64,000 nt of DNA, from positions 32,001 through 96,000 of the forward strand of contig JANRKS010000016.1 of assembly GCA_033763315.1 (NCBI GenBank), read 5' to 3'. The position numbers and the translations under genes are program-made. Shown here one piece after another: positions 17,867 to 27,167 of the stretch. This DNA comes from Deltaproteobacteria bacterium. GTDB taxonomy: Bacteria > Myxococcota_A > Polyangia > Fen-1088. The notes under the pieces were generated by a model. The model was not told the origin of the DNA, did no database searches, and worked only from the letters and a program-made list of their open reading frames with translations. How positions within the stretch are numbered: the first letter of the stretch is position 1; every line of letters starts with the position of its first letter.

Positions 17867-18916
17867 ATGAACCGTCACCAGTCGCGCTTAGGCGCTTACA
17901 TCTTGGGCAGCGTTGCCGTCCGTGCCGTACGTGGCGCCGGACCAATGCTTGCGCTCGCCGCAGCCACCTTGGGGTTGGGAGCGTGTGTGGTGCGCCCGGC
18001 GCGCGTGAGCTGGGAATACTCGGGCACCACCAGCACCCAGACGGACGTCTACGTGCGCACGGCACCGCCGCCGCCGCAAACGGAATACCGCACGATGGCC
18101 CCTGGCCCCGGGTACGTCTGGGTTGACGGCTATTGGGACTGGACGGGCTATGACTGGATGTGGGTCAACGGTTATTGGGTTCCCGGGCGTGATGGCTACG
18201 GCTGGGTGCGCCCACGCTATGTGGTGGTGAGCGGCCGCTGGGTCTACCAGCCGGGCTACTGGCAGGGCAGCGGTGGCCAGCGCGATTACAACTACGCGCG
18301 GCCGTCGCGCAATGGCGGCGGCTGGCGGGCCTCACCGACCAACCAACCAAACAACGCGGGCGGCTGGCGGGCGGCGCCCTCGAATGCGCCCGCCGCAAAC
18401 AGCGGCGGGTGGCGCGCGCCTCCCGCGGGAGCCCCGCAAAACAATGGCAACGCAGGTGGCTGGCGTGCCGCCCCGAGCGCAGGACCAAGCCCGGCCGCGC
18501 CGAGCGGGTCGTGGCGTGCGGGCCCTTCGGGCAGCCCGGCGCCTGCCGCACCCAACGATTCATGGCGGGCCGGCCCTTCGCCTGCGCCCGCGCCTTCTGC
18601 CGGTAACGGTGGAAGTTGGCGCGCTTCCCCGCAAGCCGCCCCGGCCGCGCCCGAACCACAACGAGCCGCGCCCGGCGGCAGTTGGGGCGCCCAACCCGCG
18701 CCCGCACCCGCCATGGCGCCGCAGCGAAGCCGAGAGGGGTGGTCTGCACAGCCAGCTCCAAACATGGCGCCGCAACGCAGCCGCGAAGCGCCTAGCTATC
18801 AAGCGCCGTCGCGCGGGCCCAGCAGCGTGGTGCCCGGGCCCAGCCGCTCATCGCCTCGGCCGGTGGAATCATCACCGGCGCCAAGCCGCGGCCGCACCCG
18901 CGTGGGCCCTCAATAG
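17867..18916 (+). CDS. YXWGXW-repeat lipoprotein with long Pro/Ala/Gly-rich tail
   Basis: SD AAGGAG, lipobox LGAC, YVWVDGYWDW/WMWVNGYW/WVYQPGYW repeats. Confidence 0.85.
   Translation: MNRHQSRLGAYILGSVAVRAVRGAGPMLALAAATLGLGACVVRPARVSWEYSGTTSTQTDVYVRTAPPPPQTEYRTMAPGPGYVWVDGYWDWTGYDWMWVNGYWVPGRDGYGWVRPRYVVVSGRWVYQPGYWQGSGGQRDYNYARPSRNGGGWRASPTNQPNNAGGWRAAPSNAPAANSGGWRAPPAGAPQNNGNAGGWRAAPSAGPSPAAPSGSWRAGPSGSPAPAAPNDSWRAGPSPAPAPSAGNGGSWRASPQAAPAAPEPQRAAPGGSWGAQPAPAPAMAPQRSREGWSAQPAPNMAPQRSREAPSYQAPSRGPSSVVPGPSRSSPRPVESSPAPSRGRTRVGPQ
18314..18754 (+). repeat. Nine degenerate xx(G/S)W(R/G/S)A.P peptide repeats inside the YXWGXW protein
   Basis: GGGWRASP, AGGWRAAP, SGGWRAPP, AGGWRAAP, SGSWRAGP, NDSWRAGP, GGSWRASP, GGSWGAQP, REGWSAQP. 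Confidence 0.85.
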
Positions 18917-18922
18917 TCCACG

Positions 18923-20524
18923 CTAAAAGCGACCGCCGTATGTGAAGGCCGCGCCTCCTGGCAGGGGCGCGAGCCCATAGAGCTCGCCTTGATCGGGGCC
19001 GTACTCTGGCAATGCCAAAAGCACGATGCCGGTGACGGCAAGTAGACCGCCGCCATACATCGTGATGCCGGACCAGAACTTCAGGTCGCTGGCTTCGCCA
19101 TTGAGCTTGTCGCGCTTGAACGGATCGTTGATGGTGTTCACGCGCGCCTCTTCGCGTTTGTCTTCGGCCTTGGCGTCGATCCAACGACCCAAGACAACGC
19201 TCGCAACGCCAGCGCCAACGAACGACCAGCCGGGCACGTCCTTATACCAAGGGTTAACCGCAGGGGCGGGACGGCTCACCGGCCGCAGGCTTTGCGAAGC
19301 CGCCACCATGTTGCCGGCCTCTTCTGCGTTGAGTACGCCCGGTGATTCTTTACCCGTGGCGAGGTATCGCCCCAAAGCCATGGCGCGTGCGTTCTCCAGC
19401 CGCGCCAGCCCGTGCCTGTTCTTGTAGCCCGAGCTCAGGTAAAGCCGCGCGTTCAACCATTCGGCGCTTTGAAATTCGCCGACAGAAGCCAAGACAACGC
19501 TTGAGACGCCGTAGCGTTCCGCAAGACGTCGCGCATAAGTTTCTTCTTGCGCCACCCGCTGCTGGCTGTTGTCGAACGCCAGCAGCAGCCCATCGGGCGT
19601 GGACCGCAGGTGCGAAGGGAAACTGGCGTCGAGCGCGAACTTGCGCGGCCCCGCGGCGGGCGCCTCGCCCTCCTTGGCAGGCTGCAGCGCGCTTACGCTG
19701 ACCACACGGACAAATGAATCTTCTGTGGCGCCCGCTTTGCCGGGGCAACGAGCCACGGCCGCGTATTTCGAGAGTGGCCGCAGCGCCACCGTGGCTTGAC
19801 CCTTGCCTACCTCGAAACCATCAAGCTCGATCGCGCAGGCCGGCGCGTTGGCTTTGAATTCCGCGGTGATGCCATCAGTGGGCGCCGCTTGCAGCAGGGC
19901 GGCCGCCACGAACGAGACACCTTCGCCCTCACGAAATGTCCGCGCCGGCAGCAACAATTTCAGGTCAGTCGCTGTTTTGCGAGCCGCTTCCTCTTGGCCT
20001 GAGGCCGCTTGTGCGGACAACAGACGCCCGCCCACTTTGACCAACGCCTCGGCGCCGCTTGTGCCCAACGGCGCGTGCATGGAGGCTTGCACCAGTTGTT
20101 CAAACGCGGGCGCCAACGTTTCAGACACGGCGGCCGCCGGCATATCAACAGACACGCGCCCCACCGCGGTGGCGGCAGCCTCGACCGCGGCCACGCTGGC
20201 CGCAGGATCTTGCGCTGACGCAACGGGCGTTGAAGCGCTAGGGACAGTGACGTCCCAGTTCACATTGTCGCGTAGCCCCTGCGCCAAGGCTTCCACCAAA
20301 GCGGCTGGAGGCGGCGCCACGGGGCCCACAACCACCGGCACCACCAGCGCCTTGGACTTGGGCAGCCCGGATGGCTTGCTGGGTGCAGCGGCGGGCACAG
20401 GGGCCAAAGCAGCGGCTTCAGCCGCAAAACTTTGCACGGGTAAGGCCAAGCAGGCGCCGAGCGCCGCCCACGATAGACCTCGACGAACGTTTCCCCCTGT
20501 CACTACCAGTAGCGTTTTGCGCAT
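18923..20524 (-). CDS. Hypothetical exported protein with PEGA-like segment and hydrophobic C-terminus ending GGRF
   Basis: 533-aa ORF, signal peptide, CAIELDGFEVGKG, two Gly-rich hydrophobic segments, SD GAGG. Confidence 0.75.
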   Translation of the reverse strand: MRKTLLVVTGGNVRRGLSWAALGACLALPVQSFAAEAAALAPVPAAAPSKPSGLPKSKALVVPVVVGPVAPPPAALVEALAQGLRDNVNWDVTVPSASTPVASAQDPAASVAAVEAAATAVGRVSVDMPAAAVSETLAPAFEQLVQASMHAPLGTSGAEALVKVGGRLLSAQAASGQEEAARKTATDLKLLLPARTFREGEGVSFVAAALLQAAPTDGITAEFKANAPACAIELDGFEVGKGQATVALRPLSKYAAVARCPGKAGATEDSFVRVVSVSALQPAKEGEAPAAGPRKFALDASFPSHLRSTPDGLLLAFDNSQQRVAQEETYARRLAERYGVSSVVLASVGEFQSAEWLNARLYLSSGYKNRHGLARLENARAMALGRYLATGKESPGVLNAEEAGNMVAASQSLRPVSRPAPAVNPWYKDVPGWSFVGAGVASVVLGRWIDAKAEDKREEARVNTINDPFKRDKLNGEASDLKFWSGITMYGGGLLAVTGIVLLALPEYGPDQGELYGLAPLPGGAAFTYGGRF

Positions 20525-20631
20525 GTTCAGACCTCGGCGCTGAATCTAGCGCAGCGAACGAGGCGCCATACACGCAAAAATGCACAAACCGTCTCGCGCG
20601 CCCACCGCTGCCGTCGGCAACGTTTTGGGTG

Positions 20632-22053
20632 TCACAAGATGTATTGGCTTAGGTCTTCGTCTTTGAGCACTTCGGACAAACGTTGCTGCACGTAAGCGCG
20701 TGTGATCGGAATTGTTTGTGCGCCAATCTCTGGCGCCTCGAACGCAACTTCATCAAGCAGGCGTTCGAGCACGGTGTGCAAACGTCGCGCGCCAATGTTT
20801 TCTTGGCGCGCGTTCACAAGCGCCGCCACTTTGGCCAGCTCGTCAATCGCATCGGCGTGCCACTCAATGTTCACGCCTTCGGTGGCCAACAGCGCTTTGT
20901 ATTGCTTGGTGAGAGCGTTCTCAGGCTCGGTGAGAATACGCACAAAGTCCTCGTCGGAAAGCGCTTCAAGCTCGACGCGAATGGGGAAGCGCCCCTGCAA
21001 TTCGGGAATCAAATCCTTCGGCTTGCTGACGTGAAAGGCACCTGCCGCCACGAACAACACATGATCGGTTTTCAGTGGTCCATATTTTGTGGAAACCGTT
21101 GAACCCTCGATGATCGGCAACAGATCACGCTGCACGCCTTCACGAGAGACATCAGGCCCGCGGCCGCTGCCTTCGCGTCCAGCGACCTTATCGATCTCGT
21201 CGATGAAGATGATGCCGGACTGTTCGGCGCGGCGAATGGCGTCTTTGGTCACGCGATCTTGATCAATGAGCTTGCCAATTTCCTCTTCGGTCAAGGCGTC
21301 CATCGCCTCGGGCACGGTGAGCTTGTGGCGCTTTGAACGCCGTCCCACCCCCGGCAGCATGTCTTTGAGATTCATGACCATCTCTTCCATGCCACCGCCT
21401 GAAAACACATCGATCACCGATTGTGTTGAATCCGAGGTTTCCACCTCCACCTTGCGTTCATCCAGGCGGCCCTCGCGCAACATGCGGCGCAGGCTTTCGC
21501 GGGAGGCGTTGCTTGCGTCGTTCATCGCCGGTGCCTCAGCGTTGTTCTCATTGTGCGACGCTGGACCAAGCGGAATCACATTGCTGTGCGGGCCGGCCTT
21601 GGCCGCTCCGCGCGGCGGAGGCAGCAAGATATCGAGCAAACGCTCTTCGGCTTGTTCACGCGCACGGCCCTTGACGCGCTCGCGCTCTTCTTCACGCACC
21701 ATCGACACGGCCGTTTCGGCGAGATCTCGCACCATCGAATCCACGTCGCGCCCCACATAACCGACTTCGGTGAACTTGGACGCCTCGACTTTTACGAACG
21801 GCGCCCCCGCCAGTTTGGCCAAGCGGCGGGCGATCTCGGTTTTGCCAACCCCGGTGGGCCCGATGAGCATGATGTTTTTGGGCGAAATTTCCTCCCGCAT
21901 CGGGCCTTCCACCTGTTGCCGGCGCCAGCGGTTGCGCAACGCCACGGCCACCGCGCGCTTGGCCGCCTTTTGGCCAACGATGTAGCGATCCAGCTCTTGC
22001 ACGATCGCGCGGGGGGTCAGGGCCAGGGCACGCTTGTCTGTGGGCATCGACAT
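20632..22053 (-). CDS. hslU: ATP-dependent protease ATPase subunit HslU
   Basis: [62 protein letters not shown]. Confidence 0.98.
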   Translation of the reverse strand: MSMPTDKRALALTPRAIVQELDRYIVGQKAAKRAVAVALRNRWRRQQVEGPMREEISPKNIMLIGPTGVGKTEIARRLAKLAGAPFVKVEASKFTEVGYVGRDVDSMVRDLAETAVSMVREEERERVKGRAREQAEERLLDILLPPPRGAAKAGPHSNVIPLGPASHNENNAEAPAMNDASNASRESLRRMLREGRLDERKVEVETSDSTQSVIDVFSGGGMEEMVMNLKDMLPGVGRRSKRHKLTVPEAMDALTEEEIGKLIDQDRVTKDAIRRAEQSGIIFIDEIDKVAGREGSGRGPDVSREGVQRDLLPIIEGSTVSTKYGPLKTDHVLFVAAGAFHVSKPKDLIPELQGRFPIRVELEALSDEDFVRILTEPENALTKQYKALLATEGVNIEWHADAIDELAKVAALVNARQENIGARRLHTVLERLLDEVAFEAPEIGAQTIPITRAYVQQRLSEVLKDEDLSQYIL

Positions 22054-22245
22054 GGACCGGCAAAGATAGCGCCCTGCCTCGGGTTGCGACAGGCCGAGGC
22101 ACCTAGTTGCACACCGGCACTTCTCATTTCGAGGTACCGAGCGTGTTGAACATACCGGCAAGGGCAAGGGCAAGCGCGTCGCGGCGGCCCCCATTCGCCT
22201 TCCTCCCGATTCACTTACGCGCGCAATTCATCGAAAGGTCCGGTT

Positions 22246-22950
22246 ATGGCATTGGCAAGGAAGACAACGATTCTGCTGAGCACGTTCTTGTTCACGGCGG
22301 GCACACTCGCCGCTTGCGCTGGCGACGGCACCGATGGTTCAGGCAGCAACACGGGCAGCGGCAACACCACAGGCAGCGGCAACACCAGCGGTGGTGGTAA
22401 CACGAGCGGAAATTCTTCGGGTGGCATTTCTACCGTGGGCGGATACCACACGAGTGGATCGTTTAAGGGTTACTTCTGGACCAGCTCTGATTCGAAGGCA
22501 CCAGGTACGGGCACTTCAACCATTTCACCCGACGACTATTCCACCAATGGAAAGATCTGTGCAAAGGGCACAGCCGCCAAGGTGCCAAGCGACACCGCTT
22601 ACAGCACACACTGGGGAACGCTGGTCGGTTGGAACATCAACCAAGGTGAGATGCCTCCCAATGATCCAGGCAAATCCCCGCTGACCGGCACGATCACGGT
22701 GGGCGTCTCGGGCGCCACCGTACCAATGGGTTTGCGAATCAAGGTGGCCGTGGGCGGCGTGGATTACTGCGCAGACATTGCGGCCGGCACCAAGTCGATT
22801 CCCGTCAGTTCGCTCAAGAAGGAATGTTGGCTGACAGGCGGCGCAACGTATGCGGGAGAGCCCGTCGAAGCGGTGGCCGTTCAAGTGACCACGAACACCA
22901 CGTCAGCCACGCCGTTCGACTTCTGCATCACGGAGCTGTCGATCAAATAA
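22246..22950 (+). CDS. Lipoprotein with Gly/Ser/Asn/Thr linker and 4-Cys beta-rich (putative carbohydrate-binding) domain, copy 1
   Basis: Lipobox LAAC, GSGNT repeats, GYFWT...WGTLVGWN...DYC...ECW...FDFCI; close paralog of the next gene. Confidence 0.85.
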   Translation: MALARKTTILLSTFLFTAGTLAACAGDGTDGSGSNTGSGNTTGSGNTSGGGNTSGNSSGGISTVGGYHTSGSFKGYFWTSSDSKAPGTGTSTISPDDYSTNGKICAKGTAAKVPSDTAYSTHWGTLVGWNINQGEMPPNDPGKSPLTGTITVGVSGATVPMGLRIKVAVGGVDYCADIAAGTKSIPVSSLKKECWLTGGATYAGEPVEAVAVQVTTNTTSATPFDFCITELSIK

Positions 22951-23048
22951 CGCAAAGACCGAAGCAGCGGCGGTTCCCACTTTAGCGGGGCCGCGGTGTT
23001 GATCTTCGGCGCTTCACATCTATCGCAACACCACCTTAGGGGCATTTT

Positions 23049-23849
23049 ATGGCATTGGCAGGGAAGACATCGATCGTTTTAGGTACGCTCTTGTTTGCAG
23101 CGGGCGTTTTCGCCGCTTGCGCAGGCGATGGCGTGGACAACGGTGACAACGCCAGCGGCACTGGCGGCAAATCCACAAGTGGCTCGGGCGGCAGCTCAAG
23201 CAGCAGCGGATCCGGCGGCAGCTCAAGCAGCAGCGGATCCGGCGGCAGCTCAAGCAGCAGTGGATCCGGCGGCAGCTCAAGCAGCAGTGGATCCGGCGGC
23301 AGTTCTGGCTCGTCTACAGGCGGCATCACAACCGTGGGTGGCTTCCACAGCAGCGGAACGTACAAGGGCTACTTCTGGACAAGCGCTGATTCGAAAGCCC
23401 CAGGCACGGGCACTTCCACGATCACGCCTGCTGATTTCTCAGTGACCCCAAAGATCTGTGCCAGCGGCACGGCGGCCAAGGTGCCAAGCGACACCGCCTA
23501 CAGCACTCACTGGGGCACGCTGGTTGGCTGGAACCTCAGCCAAGCTGAGATGCCGCCAAACGATCCAGTGAAAGTGGCCCTGACGGGAACAATCTCAGTG
23601 GGCATCTCTGGCGCCACGGTGCCGTCGGGTTTGCGAATCAAGGTGGCCGTGGGTGGTGTTGACTACTGCGCGCCCCTGACGTCCGGATCCAACACCGTTC
23701 CCGTCAGCTCACTCAAGAAAGAATGTTGGCTGACCGGCGGCGCCACATACGGGGGTGAACCCGTGGATGCGGTTGCCATCCAAGTGACGACCAACACCAC
23801 GTCGGCCACACCGTTTGACTTCTGCGTGACGTCGATGTCGATTCAATAA
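23049..23849 (+). CDS. Lipoprotein with Gly/Ser linker and 4-Cys beta-rich (putative carbohydrate-binding) domain, copy 2
   Basis: Lipobox FAAC; long stretches identical to 22246..22950. Confidence 0.85.
   Translation: MALAGKTSIVLGTLLFAAGVFAACAGDGVDNGDNASGTGGKSTSGSGGSSSSSGSGGSSSSSGSGGSSSSSGSGGSSSSSGSGGSSGSSTGGITTVGGFHSSGTYKGYFWTSADSKAPGTGTSTITPADFSVTPKICASGTAAKVPSDTAYSTHWGTLVGWNLSQAEMPPNDPVKVALTGTISVGISGATVPSGLRIKVAVGGVDYCAPLTSGSNTVPVSSLKKECWLTGGATYGGEPVDAVAIQVTTNTTSATPFDFCVTSMSIQ
23187..23302 (+). repeat. 27-bp tandem repeat x4 (plus 8 nt) encoding GGSSSSSGS
   Basis: ggcggcagctcaagcagcagYggatcc at 23187, 23214, 23241, 23268. Confidence 0.95.
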
Positions 23850-23868
23850 CACCTCACGTCGCCGCACG

Positions 23869-23909
23869 ACGGGGGATGAGCCGCAAGGTTCGTCCCCCGT
23901 TTGCTTTTT
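23869..23909 (+). terminator. Intrinsic terminator after the tandem lipoprotein genes
   Basis: ACGGGGGATGAGCC-GCAA-GGTTCGTCCCCCGT (14-bp stem with two G-U pairs, GNRA loop) followed by TTGCTTTTT. Confidence 0.85.
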
Positions 23910-23914
23910 CAGCG

Positions 23915-24466
23915 CTATGTAAGCTCTTCGAACACCAAGTTGTCGTTCGTATAAACGCAAATGTCAGCCGCGATGCGAAGCGCGCGATCAGCGATGTCGC
24001 GGGCGCCAAGGTCCGTGGCTTCACTTAAAGCGCGCGCCGCTGCCAGCGCGAAGTTGCCGCCTGAGCCAATTGCCGCCACCGGGCCGTCAGGCTCGATGAC
24101 GTCACCCGTACCTGATAGCAGCAACGTGCGTTCTTTGTCGGCCACCAGCAGCAAGGCTTCAAGGCGGCGCAACATACGATCGGTGCGCCAGTCCTTGGCC
24201 AATTCAACGGCCGCGCGCGTGAGGTTGCCGTTGAACTCCTTGAGTCGCGCCTCGAACTTCTCGAACAGCGTCAGGCCATCCGCCGCCGACCCTGCAAAGC
24301 CAGCCAACACGCGCGTGTCGTTGAGGCGACGCAATTTGCGCGCGGTGCCCTTCATCACGGTCTGGCCCACCGTCACTTGGCCATCAGCGCCCATCACCAC
24401 CACGCCATTGCGGCGCACGACCAACACGGTGGTTGAACGAATTCGGTTTTCTTCGGACCTGCGCAT
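23915..24466 (-). CDS. hslV: ATP-dependent protease peptidase subunit HslV
   Basis: STTVL (catalytic Thr), [32 protein letters not shown]. Confidence 0.97.
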   Translation of the reverse strand: MRRSEENRIRSTTVLVVRRNGVVVMGADGQVTVGQTVMKGTARKLRRLNDTRVLAGFAGSAADGLTLFEKFEARLKEFNGNLTRAAVELAKDWRTDRMLRRLEALLLVADKERTLLLSGTGDVIEPDGPVAAIGSGGNFALAAARALSEATDLGARDIADRALRIAADICVYTNDNLVFEELT

Positions 24467-24470
24467 GAAT

Positions 24471-25487
24471 TTATTCTTTCGAAGACTTGGTGGGGTTGCT
24501 GCCGCTCGCACCGGAACGCGGGTGGGCTTTGTCGTAAACCGCCATCAAGTGATCGATGTCCACCTGCGCGTAGCGTTGCGTGGTACGCAAGCTCGCGTGT
24601 CCTAGCAACTCCTGGATCGACCGCAAGTCAGCGCCCTCGCCCAACAAGTGCGTGGCAAAACTGTGTCGCAAAGCGTGCGGTGAAACGGCTTTGACGCCCG
24701 TGAGCGTCTCCCGCCGTGCCAAGCACCGCCGGGCCACGCGGGGATCTAAACGCTTGCCGCGCGCCGAAATAAACAGCGCCGCCACATCTGCCGAAAGTCC
24801 CTTAGCTTGCGCCAACAACCCCGATCGCTGCCCGATGTACGCGTCGAGGGCCGTGGACGCAGCCTGCCCAATGGGAACGCGGCGATCCTTGCGGCCTTTG
24901 CCGCTGCGCACGTTGAGCACCAGACCCTCGCCATCGCGAATGAGATCACCCAGATCCAAGTTGCATGCCTCGGAGATGCGCAGCCCCGCACCGTACAGCA
25001 CCTCAAACAACGCTTGATCGCGCGCGGCGGCCGCGGGCGAATCGGTTTCGGGAACGCCGCCATCGAGCAACTGCGTCGCCTCGTCTTTATCCAAAAAGGT
25101 GGGCAAATTGTGGCCCCGCTTTGGGCCGCGCAGTGTGCCCACGGGGCTGCTGGCGATCAAACGGCGGCGCACGAGCAATCGAAAGAACGAACGCATCACA
25201 GCCAATTTGCGCGCAATCGTGGCGCCGCTGTTGTGCCCATGCAGCGATGCAAGCCAACCGCGGCAAATCATCACGTCGAGATCGGGCAACGTCACGTCGC
25301 CCAATCCGGCGGATTCACCTTTGCGGGTTTTGGCGACGTAAAGAAACCAGGTTTCGAGGTCGGCCAGGTAAGCGCGCAGGGTATGCGGTGACGCACGTTT
25401 CTCCGCTGCCAGATGTTGACGGAACAAGTCGAGCAAGCTGTTGCCATCCCAAGCCACAGCCGTGATCGTATGCGCTGTGGGGCCCAA
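24471..25487 (-). CDS. xerC: Tyrosine recombinase XerC
   Basis: [47 protein letters not shown]; canonical position upstream of hslV; start uncertain (TTG 25487 or GTG 25457). Confidence 0.9.
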   Translation of the reverse strand: MGPTAHTITAVAWDGNSLLDLFRQHLAAEKRASPHTLRAYLADLETWFLYVAKTRKGESAGLGDVTLPDLDVMICRGWLASLHGHNSGATIARKLAVMRSFFRLLVRRRLIASSPVGTLRGPKRGHNLPTFLDKDEATQLLDGGVPETDSPAAAARDQALFEVLYGAGLRISEACNLDLGDLIRDGEGLVLNVRSGKGRKDRRVPIGQAASTALDAYIGQRSGLLAQAKGLSADVAALFISARGKRLDPRVARRCLARRETLTGVKAVSPHALRHSFATHLLGEGADLRSIQELLGHASLRTTQRYAQVDIDHLMAVYDKAHPRSGASGSNPTKSSKE

Positions 25488-25590
25488 GTGCGAAAAATCA
25501 TTACGACGAATTCAAGAAGCCTCCGATCTTCGCGAGCTGTGTCAACAGCTGGCATGTTCAACATTGTGACTTGAGACGACACAGCACTGA

Positions 25591-26247
25591 TTAGGCCCCA
25601 GAGCGCAACAGCATGAAGGTTGTGGTGCCGAGCCACGCCACTGTGCAGAGGGCCGCTACCCTTTGAAAGGCCGGTAAAGCACGACCGAACCCGCCGCCAA
25701 ACCACGTGTGGACGACGAAGACGCCGGCCGTCGCCACAACGAAGAGCAAAGTGGCGGCCCCAAGGACACGAATTGATACCGTAACGTCTGGCTCGAACGT
25801 TCGCCCAACAATGACAGCCGCGGCTGCAACCAACCCCGGCAGCGTGGCCAGCACGATCGCCGCCGTGTGAAACTTAGGGAGCCGATCGGACGGGGTCAGC
25901 GCGACCGCTATAAGGCCCACAGATGAAATAACGCCAACGACCGAACACACACGCCCCAAAACCGGCCTCGACGGCAAAAAAGCCGGCGCCAGGGTCCAGT
26001 AAACCGCCATCAACACCACCAGCAGCAGCATGCCGGCCGTGGCCAAGCGCGCGCCGAGCACGTTGCGGCCGCCGCCCAGAGCGTGCTCGTGCAACAGGTC
26101 GCACAAGTAGTTGTACCAAAAGTGGTGCCGCGGGTACGTGCGGTCATGGTACGTGCCGCCAGGGTAGACCGCCGCGGATGCCACCATCAGCACCAGGAAC
26201 AAAGCCAGGGCGGAAAGCACAAACAAACAACGCACACGCAGCGACAT
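25591..26247 (-). CDS. Multi-pass membrane protein (DUF998-like)
   Basis: YPGG...NYLCDL motif, about six hydrophobic segments, FQRV; SD GAGG before ATG 26247. Confidence 0.7.
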   Translation of the reverse strand: MSLRVRCLFVLSALALFLVLMVASAAVYPGGTYHDRTYPRHHFWYNYLCDLLHEHALGGGRNVLGARLATAGMLLLVVLMAVYWTLAPAFLPSRPVLGRVCSVVGVISSVGLIAVALTPSDRLPKFHTAAIVLATLPGLVAAAAVIVGRTFEPDVTVSIRVLGAATLLFVVATAGVFVVHTWFGGGFGRALPAFQRVAALCTVAWLGTTTFMLLRSGA

Positions 26248-26330
26248 CTTGACCTCGGCGGGTGACCCGCCATTTAAGCGTAACACGGGTGCCGCGCGCC
26301 TGCCGCGGCGGCGTCCGCTACAATCGCGGC

Positions 26331-27167
26331 GTGACCACTCATCGACGCTTTGATCGAACGGCGCGGTTGTTGGGCGACGACGGCCTGGCCCGCCTCGCCA
26401 CTTGCACTGTGGCTGTGATTGGCTGTGGCGGCGTGGGTTCGCACGCCGCCGAGGCCTTGGTGCGCTCAGGTGTGGGGCGCCTCATCTTGGTGGATTTTGA
26501 TCGCATTTGCGTGACCAACACCAACCGCCAGCTGCACGCCATGAAGGGCAGCTTGGGCAAATCAAAAGTTCAGGTGATGGCCGAGCGCTTGGCCGCCATC
26601 AACCCCGACGCCCAGATCGTGGCGCGCAATGAATTCTATTCGGAGAAAACATCCGCGCAGATCTTGTGCCCGGAGCCGGATCTCATCATCGACGCCATCG
26701 ACAACATCACGGCCAAGTTGCACCTCATCATGACTTGCCGTGAGCGGAAGTTGCGGTTGGTGTCATCCATGGGCGCCGCCGCGCGCATGGATCCCACACG
26801 CGTGCGCGTGGTGGATCTGAGCGAAACCTACAACGATCCCTTCGCTTACGAGATCAGGCGCCACCTGCGACGCAAGCACGCCGTCGACACCAGCCGCCCG
26901 CTGGGCGTGCACGCGGTGTTCTCCGATGAGTTGCCCATCGAACCGCGCACATTGGCTTATGACAACGGCGGTTTTCGCTGCGTGTGCCCCAGCGGCGACA
27001 ATGGCATGCACAGCTGCGAACATCGCAATCGTGTGGAAGGCTCGATGGCGTTCGTTCCTGCCGCGTTCGGCTTGGCCGCCGCTGCGACGGCTGTGCGCTT
27101 GTTGGTGGGCACGCCCGCACGTGTGGCGCCGCGCGAGCACGCACACGAAACCGTCAATCCTGTTTAA
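26331..27167 (+). CDS. tcdA: tRNA threonylcarbamoyladenosine dehydratase (ThiF family)
   Basis: RFDRTARLLG, GCGGVGS, DFDRICVTNTNRQLHA, DAIDN, SSMGAA, VFSDE, GSMAFVPAAFG. Confidence 0.9.
   Translation: MTTHRRFDRTARLLGDDGLARLATCTVAVIGCGGVGSHAAEALVRSGVGRLILVDFDRICVTNTNRQLHAMKGSLGKSKVQVMAERLAAINPDAQIVARNEFYSEKTSAQILCPEPDLIIDAIDNITAKLHLIMTCRERKLRLVSSMGAAARMDPTRVRVVDLSETYNDPFAYEIRRHLRRKHAVDTSRPLGVHAVFSDELPIEPRTLAYDNGGFRCVCPSGDNGMHSCEHRNRVEGSMAFVPAAFGLAAAATAVRLLVGTPARVAPREHAHETVNPV

Noticed and set aside
22060-22245. c-di-GMP or other riboswitch before the tandem lipoproteins
   Set aside because: Only a hairpin and a GGCAAG x3 microrepeat; GEMM consensus elements absent
23187-23302. CRISPR-like array
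   Set aside because: Contiguous 27-bp units without spacers, in frame within a Gly/Ser linker; no cas genes
24471-25487. Phage or island integrase
   Set aside because: Sequence and position in the dprA-topA-trmFO-xerC-hslV-hslU order indicate chromosomal XerC; no att sites or dif site recognised
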